Part shown: in pieces, positions 45,735-57,350 of the stretch
How positions within the stretch are numbered: position 1 is the first letter of the stretch
Layout of the letters: every line of letters begins with the position of its first letter
Source: a virus
Taxonomy: Duplodnaviria > Caudoviricetes
IMG/VR virus record: IMGVR_UViG_3300036851_000151
Coordinates: 1-62,834 of that record
Strand: one strand, 5' to 3'
Length of the DNA stretch: 62,834 nucleotides
Made by a program: the position numbers and the translations under genes
The notes under the pieces: model-generated
Told to the model about the DNA's origin: nothing
The model's database searches: none
The model's input: the letters and a program-made list of their open reading frames with translations, nothing else

Positions 45735-47003
45735 TCAGGTTCCGGTCTGGAACGTGCCGTAGATGAACGACTCGGGGCGGTAGACCGCAAGAGCAAGCCG
45801 CTCTTCGCCGCGCAGCGTGGCAAGATTCCGGCGAAAGTTGTCGCTGTCTTCCGTCGAGATCTCGACCATCGCATCTTCACGGTCGAAGATTTGGGCGCCG
45901 AGCATGAACGCGCCGACCAGGAACTTCGTGACGAGCATCGCCTGCGTTGGCACGACCGGCAAACCCCAGAGACGCACAGTGGCGTTGCCCTGACCATCGT
46001 CACTCGACGTGATAAGGTATTTGCCCTGCGTATCCTTCGCCATCTCGATCCGCGCCCAGTCAGTCGGATGCAGCACGACGCCAGTTGCCGGGAATTCGGC
46101 CAGTTCCGTTTGTAGGATCGCGAGCCGGATATCGTCGATGCGAGTCGGCAGCTCAGGCACGAACGTCCGGCTAAACGCGGTCGCCTGCGTTACGATGCCG
46201 TTGAGATTGGCCCCGGTGCCATCGCCGTTGAGAAGCTGCTGTTCCTCAACGAATGCGAGACCGTATCGCAGGCGCCCATCGATGCTGGTTTCGAGCTGCG
46301 GAGCATCATCAAGGATCTGTTTCGATGCCACGATGAAATGCGCAATCGTCGCGACCGGAGCCAGCTTCAGCTCGTAGTCGATGTCCGACTCTGGCTTCAG
46401 ATCACCTTCCGACACGACTGCGGCGGCATTCGAGAAACCGACCTCGCGAACATACTCGATCGCGTTGCTCGTCGTGCGGCCCGGCGTCAGCAGATCGCGG
46501 ATCGTCATGCGCCGGTTCGGGCGCTCGATGATGCCCGAGCGCCGATCGGCCGGAACCAGCACGTCGCGCGTCGCGCCGGCGGTAACAGTCGTGATCGCGG
46601 CCATGTTGGCGCGAACGCGACCGCGCCATCGCTGCCGGTCAGGATCGGTCAGAACCGCCTTGATGCGCTCGTCAGTGATAAAACGCTGGCCCGGCGTCAT
46701 GTATGCATCGGCATCCCCGCCGCTGCCGCCGGGACGGCGAACCGCCTTTTGCTCGAGGTCCTGGATCTGCGCCCTGGCAGCCGTCATTTCGGCGACCAGC
46801 TTGTCGATGATCGCCGTCCGCTGCTCGTTCGCCTCGGTCAGCGCCTTGTCGACTTGCGCCTTCAGCTCGTCGGTGACCCTCTGGCCCTTCTCGACCTTGC
46901 CGAGGATGTCGGTCGCGAACTGCTGGACCTCTTGCGATACGCCCTCGATCTGCGCCTTGATCGGCCTGATGTCTTCGAGCGTCAAAACTCCACCGTCGGG
47001 CAT
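45735..47003 (-). CDS. HK97-fold major capsid protein
   Basis: Coiled-coil delta domain; V.EG.LKPES; EQQLLNGDG; F.RN..T.R.EERLAL.V.RP. Confidence 0.97.
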   Translation of the reverse strand: MPDGGVLTLEDIRPIKAQIEGVSQEVQQFATDILGKVEKGQRVTDELKAQVDKALTEANEQRTAIIDKLVAEMTAARAQIQDLEQKAVRRPGGSGGDADAYMTPGQRFITDERIKAVLTDPDRQRWRGRVRANMAAITTVTAGATRDVLVPADRRSGIIERPNRRMTIRDLLTPGRTTSNAIEYVREVGFSNAAAVVSEGDLKPESDIDYELKLAPVATIAHFIVASKQILDDAPQLETSIDGRLRYGLAFVEEQQLLNGDGTGANLNGIVTQATAFSRTFVPELPTRIDDIRLAILQTELAEFPATGVVLHPTDWARIEMAKDTQGKYLITSSDDGQGNATVRLWGLPVVPTQAMLVTKFLVGAFMLGAQIFDREDAMVEISTEDSDNFRRNLATLRGEERLALAVYRPESFIYGTFQTGT

Positions 47004-47014
47004 CGCGCCCTCCT

Positions 47015-48148
47015 TCAGATCCTGAGATGTTGACGAATGCCATCGAGGCTTTCCGCCAGAGCGGCGAGATCGGCCTTGGTGATGGCGCCTTCCGTCGATG
47101 TCTCAGGATCCCCCTGAGTCGTTCCCTTGCTGCGGCTGACGGCTGCTTCAGCTTCTGACCTGGTGAGGCCCAGGATCCCCCTGAGCCCCTCTTCCAGTTC
47201 GCGGGTCGACAGCTGATCCCCAGCTGCCAATTTCGATTTGACTGTCTCCATGGCCCGGGCTCGCGCTGCCGTACCGACGCGTGCCGCATTGGCCACAGGA
47301 TTGAACAGGCCACTGCCGAAGCGCTCGAGCGTCTCTTCGAGCGTGCCGATGCGATCAGCCATGCCGCGGGCGACCAGTTCCTCGGCGCCGAACATGCGCC
47401 CGGCACCGAAGCGGTCGCGAACCGCCGAAAGTGTCACGTTCCGGCTGCGGGCAAGGCTGCGAACAAACGCGTCCCCCGCCTGATCAACACGCGACTGTTG
47501 ATGCTCTGCTTCGGACTGCGAGAGCGGCTCGAAACCGCTGGCCCGAATCTTGTTTTCGCCCGACCGAATGATCGTGACCTTGATGCCGTCCTGCTCGAGC
47601 ATCTTCGTCACGTCTTCGTGGATACGATAGGCGCCAACTGATCCGGCCTCGCCGCCTGGCGTAACCACGACCTCATCAGAGGCCGCGGCCAGCCAATAGG
47701 AAGCGCTCGCCGACAGACTGTTGACCTGCGCGATGATCGGCTTGACGCCGCGCGAGTGGTATATTTCATCGGCTAATTCCTGGGTGCCGGCGACAGTCCC
47801 GCCCGGGCTGTCGTGATCGAATACGATTGCCTTAACGTTGCCGTCGCCGAGCGCCGCGCGGAACGCACCAGCGAGCATCTGCATCGACGTCCCGCCGCTG
47901 AACTCCATCATCATGTTCATGCGCTGCGCCAGAACACCGTAGACGGGGATGACCGCAATCTGACCTTCGGCCTGCGCGACCTCACGCTGCCGCGTACCCG
48001 GTATAGCCCTCGCCATATCCTCGGCGGCCAGCGCCTCGCCCCCCTTCGCCTTGCGGACCAGGAATGCCGACACCTGGCGCAGCTTCTCTTCCTGCAGCGC
48101 CCAAATCTCGCCGGCGCAGGCCATGATGACGTGCGGGTAGCTGATCAT
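47015..48148 (-). CDS. Prohead protease, S49 family
   Basis: DSPGG.V.G, ASASYWLA, GSVG. Confidence 0.93.
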   Translation of the reverse strand: MISYPHVIMACAGEIWALQEEKLRQVSAFLVRKAKGGEALAAEDMARAIPGTRQREVAQAEGQIAVIPVYGVLAQRMNMMMEFSGGTSMQMLAGAFRAALGDGNVKAIVFDHDSPGGTVAGTQELADEIYHSRGVKPIIAQVNSLSASASYWLAAASDEVVVTPGGEAGSVGAYRIHEDVTKMLEQDGIKVTIIRSGENKIRASGFEPLSQSEAEHQQSRVDQAGDAFVRSLARSRNVTLSAVRDRFGAGRMFGAEELVARGMADRIGTLEETLERFGSGLFNPVANAARVGTAARARAMETVKSKLAAGDQLSTRELEEGLRGILGLTRSEAEAAVSRSKGTTQGDPETSTEGAITKADLAALAESLDGIRQHLRI

Positions 48149-49449
48149 TGCACCACCTCTAGCCGCCGTTGCTGCGGGCGGGCTTCGGGCTCGTTCATCG
48201 TATCGGTTGCCGGCGCATCCGCGACCTTGACGGGGGCGCCATTTTCGTCGAGTGGCGCCAACGTCTGATTGACGTAGTGCCGATCGCCGCCCTCAAAGCG
48301 CGGGTAGTTTTCGTAATCGCAAATCTGGTTCGGCGATAAGCCGCCGACCTGGATCAGCTTCCAGTAAAACTCGGCCCGCTCCTGTGGGTCGCCCTGCAAA
48401 ATGGCTTCCGGCGAAAACTCAAAATACAGCTTCTGCCGCTCGGCAGCCGGGATCAGCTGGCGGCGAGCCTGTTGCTGCACCAGCACCAATTCCGAGCGCA
48501 GCCAGAGCTTGTACCAGCCGCGGATAACCTCGCCGACGCCGGCGCCGTACATCGTCTGGCCGGGGGCGGAATGCGCCACGAGAATCGGTGGTATGTTGCC
48601 GAGCAACCGGCAGATTTCCTCGATCGAGAACCGCCGCGTTTCGAGCAGCTGCGAGACCTCCGGCGTGACGCCAATCGGCTTGTAATCGAAGAAATCGCCT
48701 TCCAGGATGCCGACCTTGCCGGCGTTGCCGGGGCCGGTCATACGCTCGGCCAGCTGAGTGCGGGCCAGTTCACGCATCTCCGGGCTAAGCGGCTGCTTTG
48801 AGATCAGCCAGCCCGAACCGCGCATCCCGTTCGCAAAATGCGCCGCAGCAGCGTGATCCGCCGCGCGCGCCGAGCCGATGGCGTTCCGGCCATAATCGAA
48901 CGGCGACCACCCGACACGGCCACCAAAACCGAAACCCTTGACGTGAAAAATCTTGTCTTCGGTGAACTCGTGTTTCTTTCCGACCTCATCGAGGTAGGTA
49001 TATTTTCGAGATCCGTCCCGGTTCAGTGTCACTTGCATTGTGCCGCAGTCGAGCGGCAGAGGATTAAGCGCGATCAGCTCGCGGTTCTCTCCGGTCCCCC
49101 GGTAGACCTTTTCCGAGTACGCGTTCCCGTAGACCGCAACGCAGGCCTCGACCCCCATCCAGTATTCTGAGCCGCTCTGATCGGCGTTTGGCTCGTCGTG
49201 CACGATTCGGTACAAGGGATGATCGTCGCGCAGAATCCGGCCGGCATCGCCGGCCTTCTCGTAGAGCATCATCGGGCACGTCCCGACGGTGCGCGCGCGG
49301 AGACCCACGCCGGACGAAAACGCCGAAATCTGCATCGCCGTCACCGGCGATACCGGCTCTCCGGTCCAGCTGTCGGAGCTGAAATACTGCGCCCAAAAAT
49401 TGCCGTCGGTCAGTTTGATGCGCTGGCCAATCCACGAAAGCAGGCTCAT
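48145..49449 (-). CDS. Portal protein (HK97 family)
   Basis: YGNAY, IFHVKG, QLLETRRF..EEICR, LSPN. Confidence 0.95.
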   Translation of the reverse strand: MSLLSWIGQRIKLTDGNFWAQYFSSDSWTGEPVSPVTAMQISAFSSGVGLRARTVGTCPMMLYEKAGDAGRILRDDHPLYRIVHDEPNADQSGSEYWMGVEACVAVYGNAYSEKVYRGTGENRELIALNPLPLDCGTMQVTLNRDGSRKYTYLDEVGKKHEFTEDKIFHVKGFGFGGRVGWSPFDYGRNAIGSARAADHAAAAHFANGMRGSGWLISKQPLSPEMRELARTQLAERMTGPGNAGKVGILEGDFFDYKPIGVTPEVSQLLETRRFSIEEICRLLGNIPPILVAHSAPGQTMYGAGVGEVIRGWYKLWLRSELVLVQQQARRQLIPAAERQKLYFEFSPEAILQGDPQERAEFYWKLIQVGGLSPNQICDYENYPRFEGGDRHYVNQTLAPLDENGAPVKVADAPATDTMNEPEARPQQRRLEVVQ

Positions 49450-51188
49450 ACGACCACCGCGTTGCGCAGAAATTCGCCAAGGTCAGGCCGACGCGCCGCC
49501 ACCGGATTGCGAGTCATCCGAAAGCCGCCGTTCCACAGCGCCACAACCGGGTCAATCTTGGCATCGCCGGCGCTCTGCTTGGTCGCGCGGATGCCAGTAG
49601 CGGTCGGCTCGATCTTCACGTTCCCGACGCACCAATCCATCAGCGTCGAGGGCGCGTGGAGAAGCGTTCCGTTGGTCAAGCGCCGCTCGACCGCCTTGAT
49701 GCCGGGCATCAGGAACCCGCCCTGGCCGATTCCGACGAGGCGGCCGTTTTCCTCGGTGACATCGATCTTCGCGAGCTCGTCGACCAATTCGCCGATCGCG
49801 GCGGTGTCTACCGCGACCTCGGCTAGCAAGCCGCGATCCTGTATAGCCTCTATATGCGCAACGATTTCGGGCAGATCGGCCAACTCATCATCGACGATGG
49901 TCAGCTCGCCAAGGGCCGCAAACGTCTGCAACCGGCTCGCGATCGCCTGCCTCCTGTCAAGCACCCCCTCGTGACACCACGCATGCGACCATGACAGCCA
50001 GCGCTTGACCTTCCGCATCTCGCGGCTGCCAAGGATCGTAACCTCGATCTCGATTTCGTCCCGTTCCCGGCCGAGCACGTTGAAGCCGAAGAGATCGTCT
50101 TTCCCGCCGCCGTCAGCACCGACGATCACCACCTCGCAGCGGTCGAGCAATCCGGCCAGAGTCAATTCGGGATCGCATCGGCGCTCCCAATCCTCGGCGC
50201 CGGGCCACCGGTTCGCCTTCGTGCCGACGCCGATCTCGATGTTGAGATGCTGGGACGCCCAAATCCGGCGCGCGTGGTCGCCCTTGCTTTTCTCAGTTTC
50301 CCAGTCAGGGATCATGTCCCGTAAGTGTACCGACCGGCCGAGGTTCGGCAGGACGAGCGGCCAATTCTTCGGGTTTTGCCACTGCCGCTCGTCAGTAGCG
50401 ATGTCGATCGGGAACTCGTGCAGCACCGACAGCAGCGGCCGGATCTGTTGCCCCCGGAACGCGCCATCGCGCACCCGCCGCGCATGGATCAGCTCGTCGC
50501 GGAATGCCCCTGTCGGCTCATCGTCGCTCTGGGTTGTGGCGACGACGAGCAGCCCCTCGGGCGTCTTGTCGAGCCCGCCGCGGATCTGCCGCATTACCTT
50601 TGTCGTGTGCTTGTTGCGGCCGAGTAGATGGAGCTCGTCGACCAGCGCGAAGATCAGGATGCCGCCGGTCACGATGTTGAGATCGAACGTCTTGACTACC
50701 GCCTGGGTACCGTTTTGACGATCCTCAATAATTTTCTGATGCCCTATCAGCTTGAAGCGCCGCGTCAGCGCCGGGTCCAATTCGATCATCCCGGCCGCCT
50801 GGTCGAACGCCCGATCGCTGATCGATTGCGTGGGGCCGACGAACATGGCCTCCGCGTTCCGGCGCTCGTTCATCAGCAGGACCGCAATAAGCAGCCCGGC
50901 GAAGTACGTAGTTTTTGACTGCCCTTTCGGTGCAAGCAACAGGATATCCCTGATCCACCGCTCACGTCGTACCGGATCCCAGGAGCCGAACGCCGCCCGC
51001 ACGATGTCGCGGAACCACTGGCCGGCAGAGTCCCCAAGGCGGGGTTCGTCAGGTTGGTCGGGCAACCGGATCGCATCGAAATACGCCAGGCCGTCGTTCG
51101 CCTCGCTCTGGAACAGCGGCAGATCCGGAACGAGCGAGCGGCCAGCGCGGAGCCGGTCAGCCCAATCGGGGCAGGACAAATCCCACAT
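49446..51188 (-). CDS. terL: Terminase large subunit
   Basis: PKGQSKT Walker A, VDELH Walker B, KIDP nuclease motif. Confidence 0.96.
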   Translation of the reverse strand: MWDLSCPDWADRLRAGRSLVPDLPLFQSEANDGLAYFDAIRLPDQPDEPRLGDSAGQWFRDIVRAAFGSWDPVRRERWIRDILLLAPKGQSKTTYFAGLLIAVLLMNERRNAEAMFVGPTQSISDRAFDQAAGMIELDPALTRRFKLIGHQKIIEDRQNGTQAVVKTFDLNIVTGGILIFALVDELHLLGRNKHTTKVMRQIRGGLDKTPEGLLVVATTQSDDEPTGAFRDELIHARRVRDGAFRGQQIRPLLSVLHEFPIDIATDERQWQNPKNWPLVLPNLGRSVHLRDMIPDWETEKSKGDHARRIWASQHLNIEIGVGTKANRWPGAEDWERRCDPELTLAGLLDRCEVVIVGADGGGKDDLFGFNVLGRERDEIEIEVTILGSREMRKVKRWLSWSHAWCHEGVLDRRQAIASRLQTFAALGELTIVDDELADLPEIVAHIEAIQDRGLLAEVAVDTAAIGELVDELAKIDVTEENGRLVGIGQGGFLMPGIKAVERRLTNGTLLHAPSTLMDWCVGNVKIEPTATGIRATKQSAGDAKIDPVVALWNGGFRMTRNPVAARRPDLGEFLRNAVVV

Positions 51189-51190
51189 GG

Positions 51191-51637
51191 TCAGTGGACC
51201 GCAGCGCCGCCACGGCGCGCCATAATCTCGCCGATCTCCGTTGACATGTCCGGCACCTTCGCGTCGATCGCCGCCTGCTCTTTCTTGCCCAGCTTCGGCT
51301 TCGGCTGACCAGGTGCCGCAGTCGCTTCGGACCTTGCCGCCTCGATGAACTCCTCCGCTGCGCCGCCGACGCCAGTGATGTCGTGCAACTTCCGCTGCGC
51401 CGAGATGTTGCCCGCGCGCGCCGCGGTGAAGAGCAGCCCAACGACCTCGCGGCGCCGCCTTGCCGCGCCATACTGCAATTCGTGGGCGAAATACTTCTCG
51501 AGCGTGTCGGCGCTACAGCCAATCGCTAAGCCGATCTCCGCATGCGACATCCTGCATGCGAGCATCTGCTCGACCTCGCGCTTCAGCGCGGCCGTGGCTT
51601 TGAAACTAGGGCGCCCGCGGCGCCGACGCATCGTCAC
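51191..51637 (-). CDS. terS: Terminase small subunit
   Basis: GRP...IG.AIG.S..TL.KYF..EL; GN.SAQ; LGKKEQ; upstream of terL. Confidence 0.85.
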   Translation of the reverse strand: MTMRRRRGRPSFKATAALKREVEQMLACRMSHAEIGLAIGCSADTLEKYFAHELQYGAARRRREVVGLLFTAARAGNISAQRKLHDITGVGGAAEEFIEAARSEATAAPGQPKPKLGKKEQAAIDAKVPDMSTEIGEIMARRGGAAVH

Positions 51638-51760
51638 GATTTGACGGTTCCTGTGGAGATTTTGCAGACGGCAGAGCCAGCGGTATAAAAAAATCCCTGC
51701 GTGACAGCCCCGCAGGTCCCGAGAAGATGGGGTTGTGAGGTTTCGACTACCCCCCCCCTA

Positions 51761-52168
51761 TCACCTACGATAGAGGTCGATGGTGAGCGACACAGCGACC
51801 TTGCTGTCGAGGCGAAGGTCTTGCTCGCGCAACTCTCCCTGTTCGTACTTGGCTTCGAGGATTTGTTTAACGACGCTGTGATGCCAAGTGCACGAGGGCT
51901 GCCAGTTGTGCGGGTCCATCTTGAGGTCGTGATCGCCACGAAACGGAACGATGTGGTCGACCAGCGCGGTGGGTGTCACGTCGTCTACGGCCTCGCATCC
52001 GAGGCATAGAGGGTGTTGCTTGCGATAGGCGAGCGAGGCTCGATCCCATGCCCGATCGTAACCGCGCGCTCTTGCGCTTCCTCGAGGGTGCCCGGCCGGG
52101 GCGTCGAGCGCCGACGAATTGCTGAGCGTGGGCGCCGACCGCTTTAGGGTGCGGGCGGATATCTTCAT
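51761..52168 (-). CDS. Terminase-associated HNH endonuclease
   Basis: RGYD..W...HPLC..C...VDHIVP.RGD...NWQ..C..HH. Confidence 0.9.
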   Translation of the reverse strand: MKISARTLKRSAPTLSNSSALDAPAGHPRGSARARGYDRAWDRASLAYRKQHPLCLGCEAVDDVTPTALVDHIVPFRGDHDLKMDPHNWQPSCTWHHSVVKQILEAKYEQGELREQDLRLDSKVAVSLTIDLYRR

Positions 52169-52288
52169 CGGCTGTGTCTCGGAGACGCTTCGCGAGTGAT
52201 GGCGACGCGGCCCTCGTGAAACCGACCGGGTGCCCGGCGGGCGGCGCGCAACCAGGAGGTAAACCTCACTTTCTTGCGGCCACGGCGG

Positions 52289-52876
52289 TTAGGCGACAGC
52301 TTCAACCGACGCTTCGTCTATTTCCGTTTCGGTTAGCCGACCGAAGATGTCAAGCATTAAATTCAACCGCTCCGTGCCGGCCTGCTCTTTAACGAGAGCG
52401 TTGAAGCCAGCGAAAGGCCCGGAGAGCACACGCACATCCTGCCCCGGTTGGTACATCGGCTCATCCATGGGCATCTCAAATCCGCGCTTGACCCGGCCGC
52501 ATTCGATGAGCACACGCCCGCCGCACTCGCTCACGAGACGCTGCAATTTGGCAATCTGGCACGGGCGCGCCGCCACGGGGCGCCCATGCATCCGCAGCAC
52601 ATCGTCCACACCATCGGCATTGAGCACCGCCTTAAGCCACTCGTCAGTGAGAACGCCGCGAACGAAGCCATAACCAGGGAACAGAGGCCCATCAATGACC
52701 CGCCGCTGGCGCCGGCTTGACACAACAACCCGACATTCAGGCAGCCACACTTGGTCAACGCCCAGCCGCAGCCGCAAATCATCCCGTGCCCGATATTCTC
52801 GCAGCGCACAGAACGCGTACCACGCCGGCGGTGATAGCGACGCGTAAAGCTCGGCCTTCCGGAGCGCCTGGCTCAT
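52289..52876 (-). CDS. nusG: NusG-family late antiterminator
   Basis: WY..., PLFPGY.FV, KOW motif GQ.VRV.SGPF.GF, IFGR. Confidence 0.9.
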   Translation of the reverse strand: MSQALRKAELYASLSPPAWYAFCALREYRARDDLRLRLGVDQVWLPECRVVVSSRRQRRVIDGPLFPGYGFVRGVLTDEWLKAVLNADGVDDVLRMHGRPVAARPCQIAKLQRLVSECGGRVLIECGRVKRGFEMPMDEPMYQPGQDVRVLSGPFAGFNALVKEQAGTERLNLMLDIFGRLTETEIDEASVEAVA

Positions 52877-52903
52877 CCTTCCCCCAATTCCCCGATTGCG
52901 CGG

Positions 52904-53416
52904 TTACGCCGCATCTTGCGCCAGCCCGAGCGTAGGCTCGCGCCCGTGGTCGGCGGCGGCGTCGGAGGGCGGCGCGATCGGCGTCGTTTCCGGTTGGGGT
53001 TTGGTGCCGACGGCGAACCAACGGTCGTTGCCATCGCTCCTGGCTTTCCCCTGCGTTGCGAGCGCGTCCAGCGCGTCGCGTACCTGCTTGGGTCGTAGAT
53101 CGAGCGCGCCAGCGATCCCGTCGACGCCATGCGGTGCGCTATCCCAGTCCCGCAGGAACGCCAGCACGATGCCGCTTATGTCACGCCGCGGTGACCGTGT
53201 GCGCCGTTCTGTGCCGCCGGGCATGGCGTCCTTGATGGCGTCGAATGTTGCGTCCACGCATGGTGCGATAGCGGCTTCCTCGGCGTAAGCCTGGATGGCC
53301 TCGTTGATGCCGGTGAGCTGCCCGTCGATGCCGCGGACGGCATCGACGTGCGTCTGGCGGAGATCTTCGAGCTCGCGCCGGCGCTGCTGCAGGCGGGGCG
53401 GGATGGTCGTGGTCAT
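52904..53416 (-). CDS. Coiled-coil + wHTH hypothetical protein
   Basis: ATGA overlap; helix-turn-helix-like C-terminal half. Confidence 0.65.
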   Translation of the reverse strand: MTTTIPPRLQQRRRELEDLRQTHVDAVRGIDGQLTGINEAIQAYAEEAAIAPCVDATFDAIKDAMPGGTERRTRSPRRDISGIVLAFLRDWDSAPHGVDGIAGALDLRPKQVRDALDALATQGKARSDGNDRWFAVGTKPQPETTPIAPPSDAAADHGREPTLGLAQDAA

Positions 53417-53679
53417 TTGTAGATAGCGTCCTTTACTTGTTCCATGATTTTGGCAAGATCGCCCTTATCGCGTATCGTGTATGTCTTGCCGTGACACTCT
53501 ATTGAAATTTGGCTAGCAGGCGGGTCGCCTTCGCCTGACCATTGAATAGTACTAACGAAAATATTCACCTTATCCGCTGGCCGCCCGCACTGTTCGCACA
53601 TGAACAACGAATATATTTTCGGCATATCGTCATAAAGCGCGCCCGGCCGATGGCCTAGTTGAATCCGCATTGGACGCAA
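53413..53679 (-). CDS. Hypothetical protein
   Basis: CEQC...ECHG. Confidence 0.55.
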   Translation of the reverse strand: MRPMRIQLGHRPGALYDDMPKIYSLFMCEQCGRPADKVNIFVSTIQWSGEGDPPASQISIECHGKTYTIRDKGDLAKIMEQVKDAIYK

Positions 53680-53908
53680 CCTCTCACTTCGTCTACTAGG
53701 GCAACTACCTCCTCGATGGTATTCCCAGCGGCGATAAGGGTCCGCGCCAGTTCTCGAATCGCGGCGGTGTCAGCCCCGATGTTTGGATTGACGCATAAAC
53801 CTTCGGGACGAACTAGCTCACCGGCCAGCGCAAACATTTGTATAGTTGCAGCTGCATTCATCGCGGTCTCTCCGTCAGGCTGCGGCATGGGAGGCTCCGT
53901 CGGCGGCA

Positions 53909-53909
<1 letters not shown>
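53655..53909 (-). CDS. Hypothetical protein
   Basis: TGATG overlap with the initiator gene. Confidence 0.5.
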
Positions 53910-54912
<1,003 letters not shown>

Positions 54913-54913
<1 letters not shown>

Positions 54914-56373
54914 TAGAATTGACCCTGGTGCGCGAGGTTTTCGAACCGCTGCCGTTCGCCGTTGAATGCGACTTTCGCAACACCGGTTCGGCCGTGTCGG
55001 TTCTTTGCTACGATGATTTCGGCGAGGCATTTAATGTCATCTAGGTTGCGCTGCCAGTCGGCAAGGCGCTCCGCATAACGCTCGCTTGTCTCGAATTCTT
55101 TACGCTTTGGCTCTGTCCGAGACGCGTAGTATTCCTCGCGGTAGAGGAACATGACGACGTCTGCGTCTTGTTCGATGTCGCCGCTTTCCTTCAGGTCTGA
55201 CAGCGTCGGGCGCTTGTCGTCGCGGCTTTCGACGCCGCGGTTGATTTGCGACAGCAGAAGAACCGGCACGTCGAGCTCTTTGGCAATTGCCTTCAGCGAG
55301 CTGGTAACATCGCCTATTTCAACGCGCCGCGATTCCTGCTTGCCGCCCTGCCTGACGAGCTGTAGGTGGTCGATGATGACGAGGTCGAGCCCGGTCCGGC
55401 GTTTCATCCGCCTGGCCCTTTGCCGCATTTGGTTGACCGATAGGCGCGGCTGGTCGTCGACCTGGATTGGCAGGCCGTTGAGGTATTTCTGCGCCTCGAT
55501 TAGCCGCGCCCAGTCACAGCTTTCGACCCGCCCATGCCGCTGAGCCTCGGTCGATATCCCGGTTACGCCAGCGATCCACCGACGCGCCAGTTCGAGGCGG
55601 GTCATCTCGAGCGAGAAGAACAGCACCCGCTTCCCGGCCTTGGCGCAATTGGCCGCGATGGTGCCAGCACCGGCGCTCTTGCCCATCGCAGGGCGACCGG
55701 CGAGCACATGCATGTCGCCGCCGCCCATGCCGGTCACGATGCGGTCGAGGTCGACGAGACCAGTATCCACGATGATGGCGCCGCCGCGACGGTACGTGGC
55801 CTCCATTTCTGTTATGGCGGCCTGCACGGCATCGCTCAGCGGCCGCGGGGCGCCCTGTCGCGTGCCACGCTCGGCAATCTCATAAAGGCGCTGCTCGGCG
55901 TCGTCGAGCACGGCCAGGAAATCGCGGTCTGGGACAACCGAACGAGCGTCGCTGCTGATCTCGTCGACGGCCAGCACTAGCTCTCGGCGCCACGCCAAGT
56001 CGCGCACGGTCTGCGCGTAGAACGGCGCGTTGAGAACACTGACGGCGCTCGCGGCCAGGATGGCGATATACTGGCCGCCCCCGAACTGCTTCAGCGCTGG
56101 GTCGTCAGCGAAGTAGGAGTACAGCGTCACCGGGCTGGCGACGCCGCCATTGCCGATTATGCTGCCCATCGCGCTGAAGATGCTGCCGTGCACCCGGTGC
56201 GCGAAGTCGTCGGGGCTCACGACGTCGCAGACAGCATCCCACGCCTTGTTGTTTACCAGGATGGCGCCTAGCAACCACTGCTCGGCCTCGTGGTTGACGA
56301 GATGCTTCAGTGCCTCGAATGCGACTTCGGAGATGCCGATTGACGGCGACCGCAGCGGGGTAACGTTGGTCAT
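54913..56373 (-). CDS. dnaB: Replicative DNA helicase
   Basis: EAEQ.LLG, AGRPAMGKS, FSLEM, IIDHLQL, LSQINR, DLKESGDIEQDAD, KNRHG. Confidence 0.97.
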
Positions 56374-56567
56374 CCCGCCCTATCCAAAAACAGCCGCAGC
56401 CACACCTTGCGCGCCACATCGCGCCGTCGCACGGCGGCCTTCGTTGGATGCGCCATCGCCTCCTGCACGGCGGCCCTGTAGCGCTGCCACGCGCGATCGA
56501 GCGGCGTCGCGATACTGGTGACGGCCGGCGGGCGCTGCATCGCGGCGGCTGTCACGGTGTTAGTCAC
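56370..56567 (-). CDS. Small hypothetical protein
   Basis: Overlapping starts and stops in operon. Confidence 0.55.
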   Translation of the reverse strand: MTNTVTAAAMQRPPAVTSIATPLDRAWQRYRAAVQEAMAHPTKAAVRRRDVARKVWLRLFLDRAG

Positions 56568-57324
56568 CGGCGGCCTCGCGCGTGCTGCGGAGGAACGGCG
56601 TCACTTCACCGCCCGCCTTCACCTGCTCGCCGATCACACGAACAGCGTCGTTGTAGGAGCCGAGAGCGCCGGCATGCTCGTCATAGGGGCGGTCGAACAG
56701 TGGCCCCTCGTCGCGCTTCCGATTGCGGTTCTTCGCTGCCGCTGAGTGCATGCCGCCGCCTTCGTAAAAGGCGAGGCGCTCGCGGATGTCGGCGATGTAT
56801 GACGGCTGCGCGGCGATGGTAGCGCTCATGCCGCGGCCCCGGAAAGAAAGATCGGCCGAGTCATCGGCAGCGGCCCGAGGCGATAGCGCCGGCGTCGCTT
56901 CAACCGCTGGCCAGACCGTGATCCGCAACAACGGCCGGTCGCTGTAGCGCTTGATGACCGCGCCCTCGACGATCTGCCGGTCATCGTTCCAAATCAGCTT
57001 GTTGGCTGCGTCGCAAACCTTGGCGATGTTGTCCCAGTCCGGCGACACGCACGGGCGGAGGATACCAAGAAGCGCCTCCCGTCTGCGCTTCCCCGACCAA
57101 CTCGCCGCGATCGGGAAATCGGCCTCAACCAGCACCCGCAACGGCATTTCAAGCAACGGGCGCCCGGCCATCGCCTGCTTGGCGGCCACCCTTAGATTGC
57201 CCTCGTATTCCTCGGTTTTTTGATCGGTATGCACGAGGATTGCGCCGCTTTTCGCGCGGAACGACCGCGGGCGGCCCTTGCCGCGCGGATGCCCTAGCAT
57301 CTCGACAATGATGGGAAAGGTCAT
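56560..57324 (-). CDS. rusA: RusA Holliday junction resolvase with C-terminal extension
   Basis: P.GKGRPR, PDWDNIAK..CDA.N...W.DD.QIV; extension from MSATIA may be a fused second gene. Confidence 0.9.
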   Translation of the reverse strand: MTFPIIVEMLGHPRGKGRPRSFRAKSGAILVHTDQKTEEYEGNLRVAAKQAMAGRPLLEMPLRVLVEADFPIAASWSGKRRREALLGILRPCVSPDWDNIAKVCDAANKLIWNDDRQIVEGAVIKRYSDRPLLRITVWPAVEATPALSPRAAADDSADLSFRGRGMSATIAAQPSYIADIRERLAFYEGGGMHSAAAKNRNRKRDEGPLFDRPYDEHAGALGSYNDAVRVIGEQVKAGGEVTPFLRSTREAAGD

Positions 57325-57350
57325 TGGTGCGTCGGCCCTCGCGCGGCTCT

